Shown here piece by piece: positions 20,043-32,152 of a stretch of 64,000 nt of DNA (within the stretch, counting starts at the first letter, position 1; the number at the start of each line of letters is the position of its first letter). The notes under the pieces are model-generated. The model was not told the origin of the DNA. It worked only from the letters and a program-made list of their open reading frames with translations, and searched no databases. The translations under genes were made by a program, and so were the position numbers. Source of the DNA: Escherichia coli. GTDB taxonomy: Bacteria; Pseudomonadota; Gammaproteobacteria; Enterobacterales; Enterobacteriaceae. The DNA lies in NCBI RefSeq assembly GCF_011045215.1, contig NZ_CP049201.1, one strand, 5' to 3'.

Positions 20043-21576
20043 TACCATTTAACTGAAAGCCACCATAACGTCTTTTTGATTACATTCATGATAATGCATC
20101 TCATTTTGTTTTCGTTTTTTTGTTCAGGGAAATTTTCCGAACATCAGTGATAATGAGGGTTTTGTTGTTTTTGTTTCTGCAATGTTTGAGGGCTGTTCCT
20201 GGAGATGATTCGTTGTTTGTGAGCAAGAGGTGGTCCGCTTTTCTGGACAAGTTTTGTATTTGTTGAGTGGTGAAATGGAAGTAAAAAGAGCCCCTTTCTG
20301 GCAATGACTGAAAAAGTCAGTAGCGTGTGACAGTAAAAACTAACATAAAGTGATTATCGTATGATTATGACAATAACTTATAACTTTTATGAAAAGAATA
20401 ACAGAAACTACGAGGCCATAGCAGATTCCTGAGATCATGTTTTCTGAGGTAGAGAAAATAATTCCAGAGTAAATCTGTTCTGTTTTTAGGACAGAAAACT
20501 CCATGTTGGCTGTAAAAGTGAAAAATCAACACCCAGTATGCATGGATGTCTGAAGATGTTGAGAATGTCGGTATGATACTATATACACATATTTTACTCA
20601 GTATTTTTACTAAGCATTTCAGTAAGTGTTATACACGTATTTTCATAAACAATTCTACAAGTGTTTTCATTAAGTATTGTTATACACATTGCTTTGTCTG
20701 ATACACATCCAGTTTAGTAAATTTGTTAGTCCTGTTTTTACGATAGCTAAAATCAGTTAACGTCACTACAAAACTCCCTGTCCTGTTTAAGCAGTCAATA
20801 TGCTATTCGATTTTACTGATGTTACATTTAACCTTTTATGAGTTTTCGTGTTTTTAGTCGTTAACCTGAGACAAGTGTTTTTATGTAAAACGCAAATCCG
20901 GCTGAGATAACCTGGCGTGATTTACTGTGTGCTTACGATGATTTTGTTAAATGGTTTTATAGATGATTTTGTAGCAATGAGATTGATGAGATGATTAACT
21001 GGCCCTGGTGTTTTTTCTCAGCGCAAGGTGATTATCTTCATCATAAGGCTCTTTTCAGGAAAAGCGTGATGATTGGTTCTGGTGTTTTGATTCAGATGAG
21101 ATTTACGTTATTGATGGTTAATCGTTTTTATGGTGTGTTGAAAAGTAACGTTTTCAGGATAAGAAAATCGATTCTGATATTGGTGGTTTTTGTTCTTGTG
21201 GCGGGGTTATCTGTAAACAGGTTTTAAGCGCGCTATTCGGCTCTGTGATTGAGTTGTGTGGTTAAGCTGTAGGTTTTGGTGTTGTTGTTGATTTACAGAG
21301 CCAGAAAGCGTTCTGATTGCGTTTTTGGTGTTTTGTTTGTACGTTCTGTGGATCCGTTTCCCTTCTGACTTTTCTCGTCGTCCATGTCGTTTTTAAATCC
21401 ATTCATGCTGTTGTTGCGTGTTTTGTTGTCGTGTGCAGGATTATCTTTTCGTTACGGGACGATTCATTCCGTTTTAATCAGGAGCTATTGGCGTTGCTCA
21501 TTGGTGGGATGCCGTAAAGTTTTACCGCGGCGATTAATGATGTGAAGTCAATCCAAATCAACGGAGATCTCTCATC

Positions 21577-22308
21577 ATGAATCAACCAATACACAATGCT
21601 TACTGGTTATCCCGTTTTGAAAGTATTCTCAACAGTGACCTGGTGCAACACCTTGCCGTTTCGTTAATCCGGGTGGATTTACGTTTCCCTGAGTATATGC
21701 CTGCCAGCATCATGGATACCGATTTAGATTCAGCGGTGATTTCTCGTTTTTTCGAATCCCTGAAAGCCAAAATCCAGGCTTACCAGCGGAAAAAACGACG
21801 TGCCAACAAGCGTGTGCGTGCAACCACTCTGCGTTATTTCTGGTGTCGGGAGTTCGGCAAGATGTATGGCAGGAAACATTATCACGTGATATTACTGCTC
21901 AACAAAGATACCTGGTGCTCGCTCGGGGATTTCAGCGAACCATCTTCGCTGGCGACGCTGATCCAGCTGGCATGGTGCAGCGCTCTGCATCTTGAGCCCT
22001 GGCAGGGTAATGGACTGGTTCATTTTTCCAGGCGGACTTCTTTCCGTCAACCGACTTCATCTGATGCTCCCCCTTCTTCCGATGATACGCCTTTGCCAGG
22101 TGGATGCTCTGATACCAGGAAGGCTTCTGACAAAAAATCTGGTGGATCCGCTGTACTCTGGGTCACGCGTGGTGATGTGGAAGCGGTACAGAAAGCCATG
22201 GAGAGAGCCCTTTATCTCGTGAAGTATGAGACGAAGCAGCATGACGGTTCAGGTCAACGTAATTATGGTTGCAGTCGTGGGGCGGGGCGTCTACTGGATG
22301 GCAGGTGA
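21577..22308 (+). CDS. YagK/YfjJ-family protein (inovirus Gp2-like by recollection), paralog 1
   Basis: 243 aa; shares block pattern with the three ORFs at 26673, 27467 and 28641 (R.DL.FP..., HYH.hLL..., ALYL.KY). Confidence 0.55.
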   Translation: MNQPIHNAYWLSRFESILNSDLVQHLAVSLIRVDLRFPEYMPASIMDTDLDSAVISRFFESLKAKIQAYQRKKRRANKRVRATTLRYFWCREFGKMYGRKHYHVILLLNKDTWCSLGDFSEPSSLATLIQLAWCSALHLEPWQGNGLVHFSRRTSFRQPTSSDAPPSSDDTPLPGGCSDTRKASDKKSGGSAVLWVTRGDVEAVQKAMERALYLVKYETKQHDGSGQRNYGCSRGAGRLLDGR

Positions 22309-22389
22309 ACCCGGTAAAATGGCATCCGGTGCCTGAGCATACGTCACGTAATTAACTGTCTTGACCAACAAAATTATGGAGTAACCTGA

Positions 22390-23042
<653 letters not shown>

Positions 23043-23064
23043 TATTGCCCATTCTTGCTAATGT

Positions 23065-23102
<38 letters not shown>

Positions 23103-23478
23103 TGGCTCAGCGTATGCGCCATTTGCTTACATACGGGCTTAAACCCTAAGGGGCACCAGGCTGCATACGTTTTGCCAAATCTGTTCTCTGCTCATGATAA
23201 CGAAGAACCAGGATACAAGGTGAAAGAAGATCCTCAACGCTCAGGGGCGTAATGTTCCCTGTGTTTCATGCCCCCATCGTTTGTTGCTGTGGTGCCAGAC
23301 TTCCGAGGCACTTCCATGTCGTTTTGTTTTTGTCAGCATCATAAATGCGTCGGGACTGGTGAATGGAGATAAGCCGTTTTATTATCGGGATCAGCGAACA
23401 TACTCACAATGTCGGAATGTTTCTGAACTGAACAATAAGTTTTGTGCTGATTACAGTATGTGAAGGAGGTCAGGCACA

Positions 23479-25083
23479 ATGAATCCTGCTTATATGCAAG
23501 CCTTGCAGATATCCCCCCACTTCCCCGCCAATATAACCAGGCGATTATTTCCTGGTGAGCTTGCATTCCTCATTGAAGACTTATATGCAAGTACCCAACT
23601 TCCGCTGGAGCTCATTTTTAATACTGTACTGGCAACGCTCTCACTCTCCTGTCAGTCACTGGTTGACGTTGTTCATCCTCACACCAACATGCCGGAACCC
23701 TGCTCACTTTATCTGTTGGCAATCGCAGAGCCAGGCGCGGGAAAAACAACGATAAACAGACTGGTGATGAACCCCTGTTACGAATTTGCTGATCGACTCA
23801 TTCAACAATACGAAGAGAGAAACAAAGATTATAAGACTGAACTACAGATCTGGAATACCCGGCAGAAAGCGCTTGCTGCCAATTTAAGAAAGGCTGTTAA
23901 CCGGGGGTATCCGGGGGAACAGGAAGAAGAGGCACTGCGTAATCACGAAAGAAATAAACCGACACGTCCGGTTCGACCGAATTTTATCTATGAAGATGTT
24001 TCGCTTAAAGCGCTTGTGGAAGGGCTCAATGAACATCCTGAGGTAGGGGTTATTTCTGATGAGGCGGTCACTTTTTTCAGAAGCTATCTGAAAAATTATC
24101 CGGGCCTGTTGAATAAAGCATGGAGTGGGCAACCGTTTGATTTTGGACGGGCTGACGAGAAATACCATATCACGCCACGACTGACATTTTCGTTAATGTC
24201 CCAGCCGGATGTCTTTACGAATTATATAAATAAAAATGACGTACTGGCGTGGGGAAGCGGATTTCTTTCCCGGTTTCTGTTCAGTCAGGTTGTAAGTTCT
24301 TCCTGGATACGTGATTATACGAGAGGCGAGTTCAGAACAATACCAACCCTGGAGAAATTTCATAAAAAGATTAACGGATTTCTGTTAAGCCATAACATTA
24401 ATTCCCCCGGCACGAGCACCGAAAGGAAGACATTAAAACTTGCGAAAAAAGCGTTGGGGGAGTGGCAGGAAAACCAGATTAAGATTGAAAGAAAAACGCT
24501 TGCAGGAGGGGAGTGGGAACACATCAGAGATATTGTGCTGAAAGCAGGTTCTAATATACTGAGGATAGCGGGTTTATTCACCTGCTATTGCTATAAAGAT
24601 GCTGAGGAAATTGAATCAATTGCGCTTTTTAAAGCTATGCATCTCATGGACTGGTATCTGGAGGAAGCGAGCACAATATTTTATCCCATGTCTGAACGAT
24701 GCCAGTTTGAACAGGATAGCCGTGAGCTGTATACATGGATTATGACCCGAATCAGACAGAATAACTGGTGTGCTATCAGGAAAACAGACATTGAAAGATA
24801 TGGTCCCAATCGTCTGAGAAGAGCAGAAAAACTTACACCTGTGCTCAATCAGTTAATCTGTCAGGGGTATTTATGTATCATCAGAATGCGAACGCATCAG
24901 ACACTTTATGTTTCTGTTCGTTATAATAATGGTTGCATCCCTCCTTTTGGCGCAATGTCTTACGAATCATTTGAGATTATTCCACCCGAGAATAGCCATA
25001 ATGCGAAAACATATCACGTTAATATTCCACCGGAATTAATTCCGCCATTTGCGTTACCTTTTTCAACCCATGGCTTATTTTGA
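23479..25083 (+). CDS. YfjI-like P-loop protein (DUF3987-like)
   Basis: 534 aa; Walker A AEPGAGKT; AGGAGG RBS upstream; integrase-proximal module gene in CP4-57-like islands. Confidence 0.55.
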   Translation: MNPAYMQALQISPHFPANITRRLFPGELAFLIEDLYASTQLPLELIFNTVLATLSLSCQSLVDVVHPHTNMPEPCSLYLLAIAEPGAGKTTINRLVMNPCYEFADRLIQQYEERNKDYKTELQIWNTRQKALAANLRKAVNRGYPGEQEEEALRNHERNKPTRPVRPNFIYEDVSLKALVEGLNEHPEVGVISDEAVTFFRSYLKNYPGLLNKAWSGQPFDFGRADEKYHITPRLTFSLMSQPDVFTNYINKNDVLAWGSGFLSRFLFSQVVSSSWIRDYTRGEFRTIPTLEKFHKKINGFLLSHNINSPGTSTERKTLKLAKKALGEWQENQIKIERKTLAGGEWEHIRDIVLKAGSNILRIAGLFTCYCYKDAEEIESIALFKAMHLMDWYLEEASTIFYPMSERCQFEQDSRELYTWIMTRIRQNNWCAIRKTDIERYGPNRLRRAEKLTPVLNQLICQGYLCIIRMRTHQTLYVSVRYNNGCIPPFGAMSYESFEIIPPENSHNAKTYHVNIPPELIPPFALPFSTHGLF

Positions 25084-26672
25084 AATAAACTAACACAGAT
25101 AAAACGAAAAAAATCAACCTTCATTCGAAGGTTGGTGGTAAGGCGTTTTGCATATCCCGCATCTGTGCAAATGTTCACCATCTATGGGGCATGAACGAAA
25201 ATTTCTCTGAAAAAATCGCTACGGTAGCAACAGTAGCAGCACATGCACTATATATGTGATTTGATTTTGTTTTCATAATGACCTGCTGTCAGAGTTGGTT
25301 GAATACAGGAGTGTGCGCACTGGTGGAAGAATGGCTTTCGTTTTTTATAAAAAGAAAGTGAACAGAAATGCTATTTTTAACATGTCTGAAGCTAATCATA
25401 TAACCATATTATGTGAGTTTTTATATATAACTTTTTTTGATTCTTGTCGTGATGAGTGCCGGCGTATATGACGATGTTGGTCTCTATTATGAATAATGAA
25501 TGGTTATCAGTCTGTTACTGGCAAGAGATGCTGTTCAGGTTTCAATGGGAGATTGAAGAAAAACGATTTGATCTTTTTCTGTAAGAGAATGTTTTTCTTA
25601 GGCTTGTATTCAGGACGTAGGATTTCTTATTTTTACTCATCAGATATGGATAATTTTAATTTAGGTTTATTACTATAATTAATATCTGTCTCTTTATTTT
25701 CTATCCATCTTTGTCATTCATCTCTCCTCTCTATCTTTACACATTCCATTACTATTATTTTCATCCAGTTATACTCACTCATGTCCTTCTCCAGTCTTCA
25801 CTGTCACTATTATAACAATATCCTCTCCATCCATATCTCAATCATGACGATTGTAACTCATATGATATTCAGGTGTATTCTCTACCATTCTACTGACAGA
25901 TATTCATCTGTTCTCATGTTCAGTGAGACAGTAATTGATTTTAATCTTGTCCGTCATGCGTTATCATTGTTTAACAATAATTGTTTATCTGAAGTGTTTT
26001 AACTATTCTGGTGAACATCAATTCTTCTGTCATCACTGATTAACTGAATGTTTACTCTTTGATAAGGTGTCTATGATTCCGTCATGTTTAACAGCGCAGG
26101 ATAAACAATGAAATTAACAGGGTGAATTCCTGATTATGTCTGTTCGTTTCTGATTATCTTTTATGTTAAACAAAATGAAAATTATCCATCAATGGTATGT
26201 TTCATTCTGGTACCGTGTACCCGTTAACGTTCATATCTTGAACATGAGTTGTTTTTAACAGATTAAATGAGAGTGTATGATTTTATCAGGTTACAGATAT
26301 GTGTTGGCCTTGTACACGTTTTTTCAGACTCACTGAGAGCAAGTTTGTAGTTTATGATGTTATTGGTCGTAATATGTTTCTTAATCTCCTGGTAGTGGGG
26401 GTTTATTGCGTATTTTGCAGTGTTTCATTGTGTTTTATTGAATCTGTATTTTTTTACTCCTCGTTTATCTCATTTCTTTAGTCAATGCCATCAGATGACC
26501 CATTCCCTTCAGCACAACGTTGCGTGTCGTTAATAACCGACGTATCCATTCTGTTACAGCATGCCTGATAAATACCGTCTGTAAGTTATTACCGTTTTAG
26601 ATCTGATTATGAGCGAAAGCATTAATTCGCTTACAGCACTTAAAACGTCATTAACTTTCAGGAGTCATCAGC

Positions 26673-27239
26673 ATGCCTAAATCTTACACACCAAACTGGT
26701 TTTTTACCGCTTTATTTGACAATCACATCAATCAAATGATAGCACGCTATTCCTGCCTGCGGGCCTTACGCATGGATTTCTTCTACAGGAAAGATACGCC
26801 TGATTTCTTACAACCTGATCATCGCTGGCTTGAATTACAGTTGCGTATGCTACTGGAGCAGGTGGAACAATTTGAAAATATCGTTGGCTTCTTCTGGGTG
26901 ATTGAATGGACGGCTGATCATGGTTTTCATGCGCATGCGGTTTTCTGGATCGATCGTCAGAGGGTTAAAAAAATATATCCCTTTGCGGAGCGGATTACGG
27001 AATGCTGGCGGTCTATTACGCATAACTGTGGTTCGGTGCACCGTTGTACATATCAGCCGCATTATGCATACAACATCAACATCCCCGTGCGCCATAACGA
27101 TCCTGAAAGCATCGATAATATTCGAGGTGTCCTGCATTATCTGGCGAAAGAAGAGCAAAAAGACGGACTGTGCGCATACGGTTGCAGTGAAGTTCCTGAA
27201 CGACCTGCTGCAGGGCGTCCTCGTAAGCCTCACTTCTGA
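26673..27239 (+). CDS. YagK/YfjJ-family protein, paralog 2
   Basis: 188 aa; motif blocks shared with the other paralogs; AGGAG RBS. Confidence 0.55.
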   Translation: MPKSYTPNWFFTALFDNHINQMIARYSCLRALRMDFFYRKDTPDFLQPDHRWLELQLRMLLEQVEQFENIVGFFWVIEWTADHGFHAHAVFWIDRQRVKKIYPFAERITECWRSITHNCGSVHRCTYQPHYAYNINIPVRHNDPESIDNIRGVLHYLAKEEQKDGLCAYGCSEVPERPAAGRPRKPHF

Positions 27240-27466
27240 AACTTAAATCCTGAGCTTCCTGTCCTGGAAACATTCCGTCGGTAAAACCTTACCACCTTGC
27301 TTAATGATGTGAACTGAAGTCAACGGAGATCATTCACTCTGAACCACATCCGGTGTTCTGTCCCTTGTCGGTGACCTGATCTTCCCGTTCTGCTTCGGTT
27401 CTTCACTTATTCCATCAACCCCATCCGCAAGCTATAACACGTCAGCTCATTCACGGGCAGGACGCA

Positions 27467-28072
27467 TTGTGGGCTGCGCATAACGGAGCATATCTTATGA
27501 ATGCTATTCCTTATTTCGACTATAGCCTGGCACCCTTCTGGCCATCTTATCAGAGCAAAGTTATCGGCGTCCTTGAGCGTGCGCTACGTGAGCAGTCCGG
27601 CTCCCGGATACGGCGGATCCTGCTTCGTCTACCGTGTGAATATGACAGTACCTTCAGCAGCAGAAAGACCTGGTTTGGTATGGATTTTATCGAAACCGTC
27701 AGTGCGCTGATGAATGCAACACCCGGACGTGACCTCTGCTGGCTCCTGACCCGTCATCCTGAAAAACCGGAATACCACGTGGTGCTGTGCGTCAGACAGG
27801 AGTATTTCGATGGCCCTGAGCTGGATCGGTTGATTCTGGATGCCTGGAGTAACGTGCTGGGCTTCGCGTCACCAGGTGAAGCAAAGCCGTACCAGAAGCA
27901 GATCACCCGGGATGTGGTACTGGATCGCCGGTCACCGGACTGCGAAGCCCTGTTTAAAGACCTTATCTGGGCGTTCAGTGATTTCGCCCGCGCTCGTCGT
28001 GATGTGTGCGATCCGGAAGCCCGTTGCCTCGCCGGTAATCCCGGGTATCCCGGATCTGCAGGGCCGTTCTGA
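27467..28072 (+). CDS. YagK/YfjJ-family protein, paralog 3
   Basis: 201 aa; shared motif blocks (LLRLPCEY..., YHVVLCVRQEYF). Confidence 0.5.
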   Translation: MWAAHNGAYLMNAIPYFDYSLAPFWPSYQSKVIGVLERALREQSGSRIRRILLRLPCEYDSTFSSRKTWFGMDFIETVSALMNATPGRDLCWLLTRHPEKPEYHVVLCVRQEYFDGPELDRLILDAWSNVLGFASPGEAKPYQKQITRDVVLDRRSPDCEALFKDLIWAFSDFARARRDVCDPEARCLAGNPGYPGSAGPF

Positions 28073-28140
28073 AAACACGGCTCAGCATCTTTCCCCGCAT
28101 TCGCACAACCTTCATAAATCTTACAGAGGATATTCTGACC

Positions 28141-28374
28141 ATGTTGACCACAATAAGCCACGACAGCGTGTTGCTGCGTGCCGACGATCCCCTGATCGAC
28201 ATGAACTACATCACCAGTTTCACCGGCATGACCGATAAATGGTTTTACAGGCTGATCAGTGAAGGCCATTTTCCTAAACCCATCAAACTGGGTCGCAGCA
28301 GCCGCTGGTACAAAAGCGAAGTGGAGCAGTGGATGCAGCAGCGAATCGAAGAATCACGAGGGTCAGCAGCATGA
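28141..28374 (+). CDS. alpA: AlpA-family phage/island transcriptional regulator
   Basis: Small HTH protein with the AlpA-like C-terminal W..E.E.W motif; alternative start at 28201. Confidence 0.7.
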   Translation: MLTTISHDSVLLRADDPLIDMNYITSFTGMTDKWFYRLISEGHFPKPIKLGRSSRWYKSEVEQWMQQRIEESRGSAA

Positions 28375-28640
28375 AACGTGTTGGGATGCCGGTACGCTGG
28401 CAATGTGCGAAATGCCGGCGCTGGTATTGTGGAACCCGGCCCTGTCCCTGGTACCGGTTACTCTCCCGTTAACCTTCCTGGTGGTATCCTCCGGTCAGTG
28501 AACGGTTTGTCATCATTTCCTGACTGATTCGTCCTTCCGTTCTTATTGTTTGTAACTGGCATTACACCGGTGCAGGCGTGTTTTCCTGCGTGTCTGTACC
28601 GGATCAGTAAAATTCAACAGGATTCGAAAAGGAACATTTC

Positions 28641-29204
28641 GTGCAAATAACCGAAGTATTACTTTCAGAGCCGGGAGACATCCGGCGTTTTGTTCAGCAG
28701 GCGGTGGACCACTGGCCGCGTCTGCTGGCAGTCCACTTCACGCTCCATTCGGCTGAAGGAAACATCAACGGACAACAGGTTCAGACATTCTGTACTTCCT
28801 TTTACCGACAGGTACACGAACGTATTACTGAACGTAATCACACGGTCAGTCCATCATCGCCGATGGTATTACGCTGGCTGCGGGAACAACATGGAGGAGC
28901 AACAATACGATGCCTGTTGCTGCTCAGTCAGACGAGCATTTGCCATCCGCGAGCCAGTGCCACGGTTGATGAAGAATGTTCGCAACTGGTGGATTTACTA
29001 CAACAGACCTGGCGGGTGATAAGTACTGGTGGACAATGCCGGGGGGAAAGGTGTTTTATGGTTGTCCGGCCTGATACATCAGGCCAGTATGATGCGTTAA
29101 AAACAACGGCGATGTGTTTTACATCACCGGTGATGTCCACCACAATCCGGTGTGGCGTTACCGGCGATGATGACGAAACATTACGGCGCAGAGCGCTTTT
29201 CTGA
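28641..29204 (+). CDS. YagK/YfjJ-family protein, paralog 4
   Basis: 187 aa, GTG start; shared motif blocks (AVHFTLHSAEG..., IRCLLLLSQT). Confidence 0.5.
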   Translation: MQITEVLLSEPGDIRRFVQQAVDHWPRLLAVHFTLHSAEGNINGQQVQTFCTSFYRQVHERITERNHTVSPSSPMVLRWLREQHGGATIRCLLLLSQTSICHPRASATVDEECSQLVDLLQQTWRVISTGGQCRGERCFMVVRPDTSGQYDALKTTAMCFTSPVMSTTIRCGVTGDDDETLRRRALF

Positions 29205-29302
29205 CTGCCACATCTGATTTCGGGTGTGTTTCGGCAAGGTTGTTCAGTAAGGCATTCCTTCGTAAAATCAGCCTGTTTTTTGCACGACGGAAACCGGCAG
29301 CC

Positions 29303-32152
29303 ATGAAAATCTGTCTTTATCATACCCTGAATCCAGAGATCATCCCGGGCTATAAAAAATTTGCACAGGCCATTGCGGCTGATAACTTTGTTCAGGCTGA
29401 TGTTCGTAAAATTGATACCAATCTTTACCGTGCACGGCTCAGTATCCGGGATCGATTGCTGTTTTCGCTGTATCGTTATCATGGTGAAACTGTCTGCCTT
29501 GTACTGGAATATATTCGCAATCATGCCTATCACACTTCACGTTTTCTTCGCAAAAATGTGGTTATTGATGAAGACTGCGTACAACAACAACCTGTGCCGG
29601 ATCCTGTTGATATAGCGACTGAAACACTGACGTATATCAATCCGTCTCACGGGCGTTTTCATCGTCTGGATAAAATGTTGTCCTTTGATGATGAGCAGCA
29701 GGCGTTGTACGAACATCCGCTACCGCTGGTGATTGTGGGATCTGCAGGGAGTGGTAAGACGGCGCTGGTACTGGAAAAAATGAAGCAGGCCGCGGGTGAT
29801 ATACTGTATCTCAGCCTCTCCACATTTCTGGTGGAAAAAGCACGAACGCTTTATAACGCGTCGGGGGAAGGGAGTGATGCGCAGAATATTGACTTTCTGT
29901 CACTGACGGAATTCCTGGAAACCCTGCGCATTCCGGAAGGCCGGGAGGTGACCTTCAGGGCATTCAGCGACTGGCTGCCCCGCAACAGGACCACCGTTGC
30001 GCTGGGGTCTGCCCATACCCTGTATGAGGAGTTCCGGGGTGTGATTGGTGCGGCCGTTTCCGGCAACGGACCACTGTCCCGGGAGGTGTATCTGTCGCTG
30101 GGGGTACGGCAGTCGCTCTACAGTATGGATGATCGCCCGACGGTCTATGCCCTGTTCGAACGTTATACGGCATGGCTGAAACAGTCGCGTCAGTATGACA
30201 GTAATCTGCTCAGTCATCAGTACCTGCCGCTGGCAGAGCCCCGTTACGATGCCATTTTTGTCGATGAAGTTCAGGATATGACGCCTGTTCAGTTGCAACT
30301 GGTACTGAAAACATTGCGTCATCCCGGCCAGTTTTTGCTTTGTGGTGATGCCAGTCAGATTGTTCATCCCAGCTTTTTCTCATGGAGTTCACTTAAGAGC
30401 CTTTTTTTCCGGCAACACCAGGGGAACAATGCTGCCATTAATATCCTGCAGGCGAATTACCGTAACGGGCACCATATCACCGCACTGGCTAACCGTCTGC
30501 TGAGACTCAGACAGGCCCGGTTCAGCGCCATTGATCGGGAAAGCCACCATTTCGTCAGAAGCTGTGGTCAGACGGAAGGCGCAGTCCGGTTACTGGAAGA
30601 CCGGGAAGAAAACCGACAGGAGCTGAACACCAAAACCTCACGTTCGAATCGGGTGGCGGTCATTGTGATGCATCCGGAACAGAAAGTACAGGCACGTTGC
30701 TGGTTCAGTACACCGCTGGTTTTTTCAGTTCAGGAGGTTAAGGGGCTGGAATACGAAACGGTGATCCTCTACAACATGGTCAGCGGTGTCCGGCAGGCGT
30801 TTGATGATATCTGTGAGGGGATTTTTCTGGCGGATCTTGAGGGTGAGTCCCGTTATTCCCGTCCGCGGGACAGGCAGGATCGTTCAGCGGAAATCTACAG
30901 GTTTTTTATCAATGCGCTGTATGTTGCGTTCACCCGTGCCACGCACAACGTGTATCTTGTTGAACAGCAGGTGGCGCATCCGTTGTGGCGCCTGCTTGCG
31001 CTCACGCATCAGGAAGAGCAACTGAATCTGCAGGAGGAGATTTCCAGCCGTGATGAGTGGCAGAAAACTGCACATTTGCTTGAGAAACAAGGGAAGCAGG
31101 AGCAGGCGGATACCATCCGCAGCCGGCTCCTGCAGCAGTCTGAAGTACCGTGGCACATCATTACCGCAGAGGAAGCCCGGCAGTGGAAAGAACAGATCCT
31201 CGCAGGCACGGCCAGTAAAGCCACACAACTGCAGGCGCTGGAGTACAGTCTGATTTACTCCCTGTTTCCGCTGTATAATGCGCTGTACCGGGAAGATTTT
31301 AAGCCCACCAGACAGTCCAGGGCGAAGAGTCTGCTGTTGCTGGAGCAGAAATATTTCCGGCCATACTCGGTGAATAACCCGGTTGCGGTGTTGCGGGATA
31401 TTGAGCGTTATGGTGTTGATCACCGCTCGCCGTTTAATCTTACTCCGCTGATGTCAGCAGCCCGGGCAGGCAACATTGCACTGGTTCAGTTACTGCTTGA
31501 CCGTGGTGCAGATCCCTTGCTAATCGGTAATGACGGGCTGGCAGCTTATCATCACGTCCTGTCAGCGGCGGTCAGTACGCCCCGTTATGCGCAACAGAAA
31601 AGTGCGCAGTTGTATACCCTGCTGAGACCAGAAAGTCTCTCACTGCAGGTGGAAGAACGGCTCATCAAACTGGACAACCGGCAGATGGCAATGTTTCTGG
31701 TGCTCCTGATGCAGGCACTGTTCTTCACGCATCTGGGGAGTGCTCTGGCCTTTTCGGAAGCTTTCAGTGCGGCACGACTGGCAGAGTGTGTGGCTCACCT
31801 TCCTGAAGCGTTGTTGCCGGAGCGCCGCAAAAGAAGGAATTATATCAGCAGCCAGCTTTCTCAACATGAGGTTAACAGCAAAAACCCTTATGGAAAAAAG
31901 CTCTTTCTGAGACTGAATCATGGGCAGTATATTCTTAATCCGGGGCTTAAAATCAGACAGGGTGACGTGTGGTGTGCGGTTTATGAGTTGCAGTCACCGG
32001 AAGATCTCGGTCATGATTTGCAGACTTATCTGCAGGACATGTCTCCGGAATTCGTGGAGATTCTGGGGGGGAGGAAGGATTTTTACAAACACAGTGAGGA
32101 GGTTGTCGGATACTGGGTGGAGGTGATTCGTCGTGCTGGTCTGAAAGCGTGA
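29303..32152 (+). CDS. Large SF1 (UvrD/RecD-like) helicase with unknown N-terminal domain and C-terminal ankyrin-like repeats
   Basis: Walker A GSAGSGKT, Walker B FVDEVQD, motif III GDASQ, motif V KGLEYETV, motif VI VAFTRAT; ankyrin-like LTPLMSAARAGNIALVQLLLDRGADPLLIGNDG; ATG at 29303 (ORF track starts at a TTG at 29240). Confidence 0.7.
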   Translation: MKICLYHTLNPEIIPGYKKFAQAIAADNFVQADVRKIDTNLYRARLSIRDRLLFSLYRYHGETVCLVLEYIRNHAYHTSRFLRKNVVIDEDCVQQQPVPDPVDIATETLTYINPSHGRFHRLDKMLSFDDEQQALYEHPLPLVIVGSAGSGKTALVLEKMKQAAGDILYLSLSTFLVEKARTLYNASGEGSDAQNIDFLSLTEFLETLRIPEGREVTFRAFSDWLPRNRTTVALGSAHTLYEEFRGVIGAAVSGNGPLSREVYLSLGVRQSLYSMDDRPTVYALFERYTAWLKQSRQYDSNLLSHQYLPLAEPRYDAIFVDEVQDMTPVQLQLVLKTLRHPGQFLLCGDASQIVHPSFFSWSSLKSLFFRQHQGNNAAINILQANYRNGHHITALANRLLRLRQARFSAIDRESHHFVRSCGQTEGAVRLLEDREENRQELNTKTSRSNRVAVIVMHPEQKVQARCWFSTPLVFSVQEVKGLEYETVILYNMVSGVRQAFDDICEGIFLADLEGESRYSRPRDRQDRSAEIYRFFINALYVAFTRATHNVYLVEQQVAHPLWRLLALTHQEEQLNLQEEISSRDEWQKTAHLLEKQGKQEQADTIRSRLLQQSEVPWHIITAEEARQWKEQILAGTASKATQLQALEYSLIYSLFPLYNALYREDFKPTRQSRAKSLLLLEQKYFRPYSVNNPVAVLRDIERYGVDHRSPFNLTPLMSAARAGNIALVQLLLDRGADPLLIGNDGLAAYHHVLSAAVSTPRYAQQKSAQLYTLLRPESLSLQVEERLIKLDNRQMAMFLVLLMQALFFTHLGSALAFSEAFSAARLAECVAHLPEALLPERRKRRNYISSQLSQHEVNSKNPYGKKLFLRLNHGQYILNPGLKIRQGDVWCAVYELQSPEDLGHDLQTYLQDMSPEFVEILGGRKDFYKHSEEVVGYWVEVIRRAGLKA

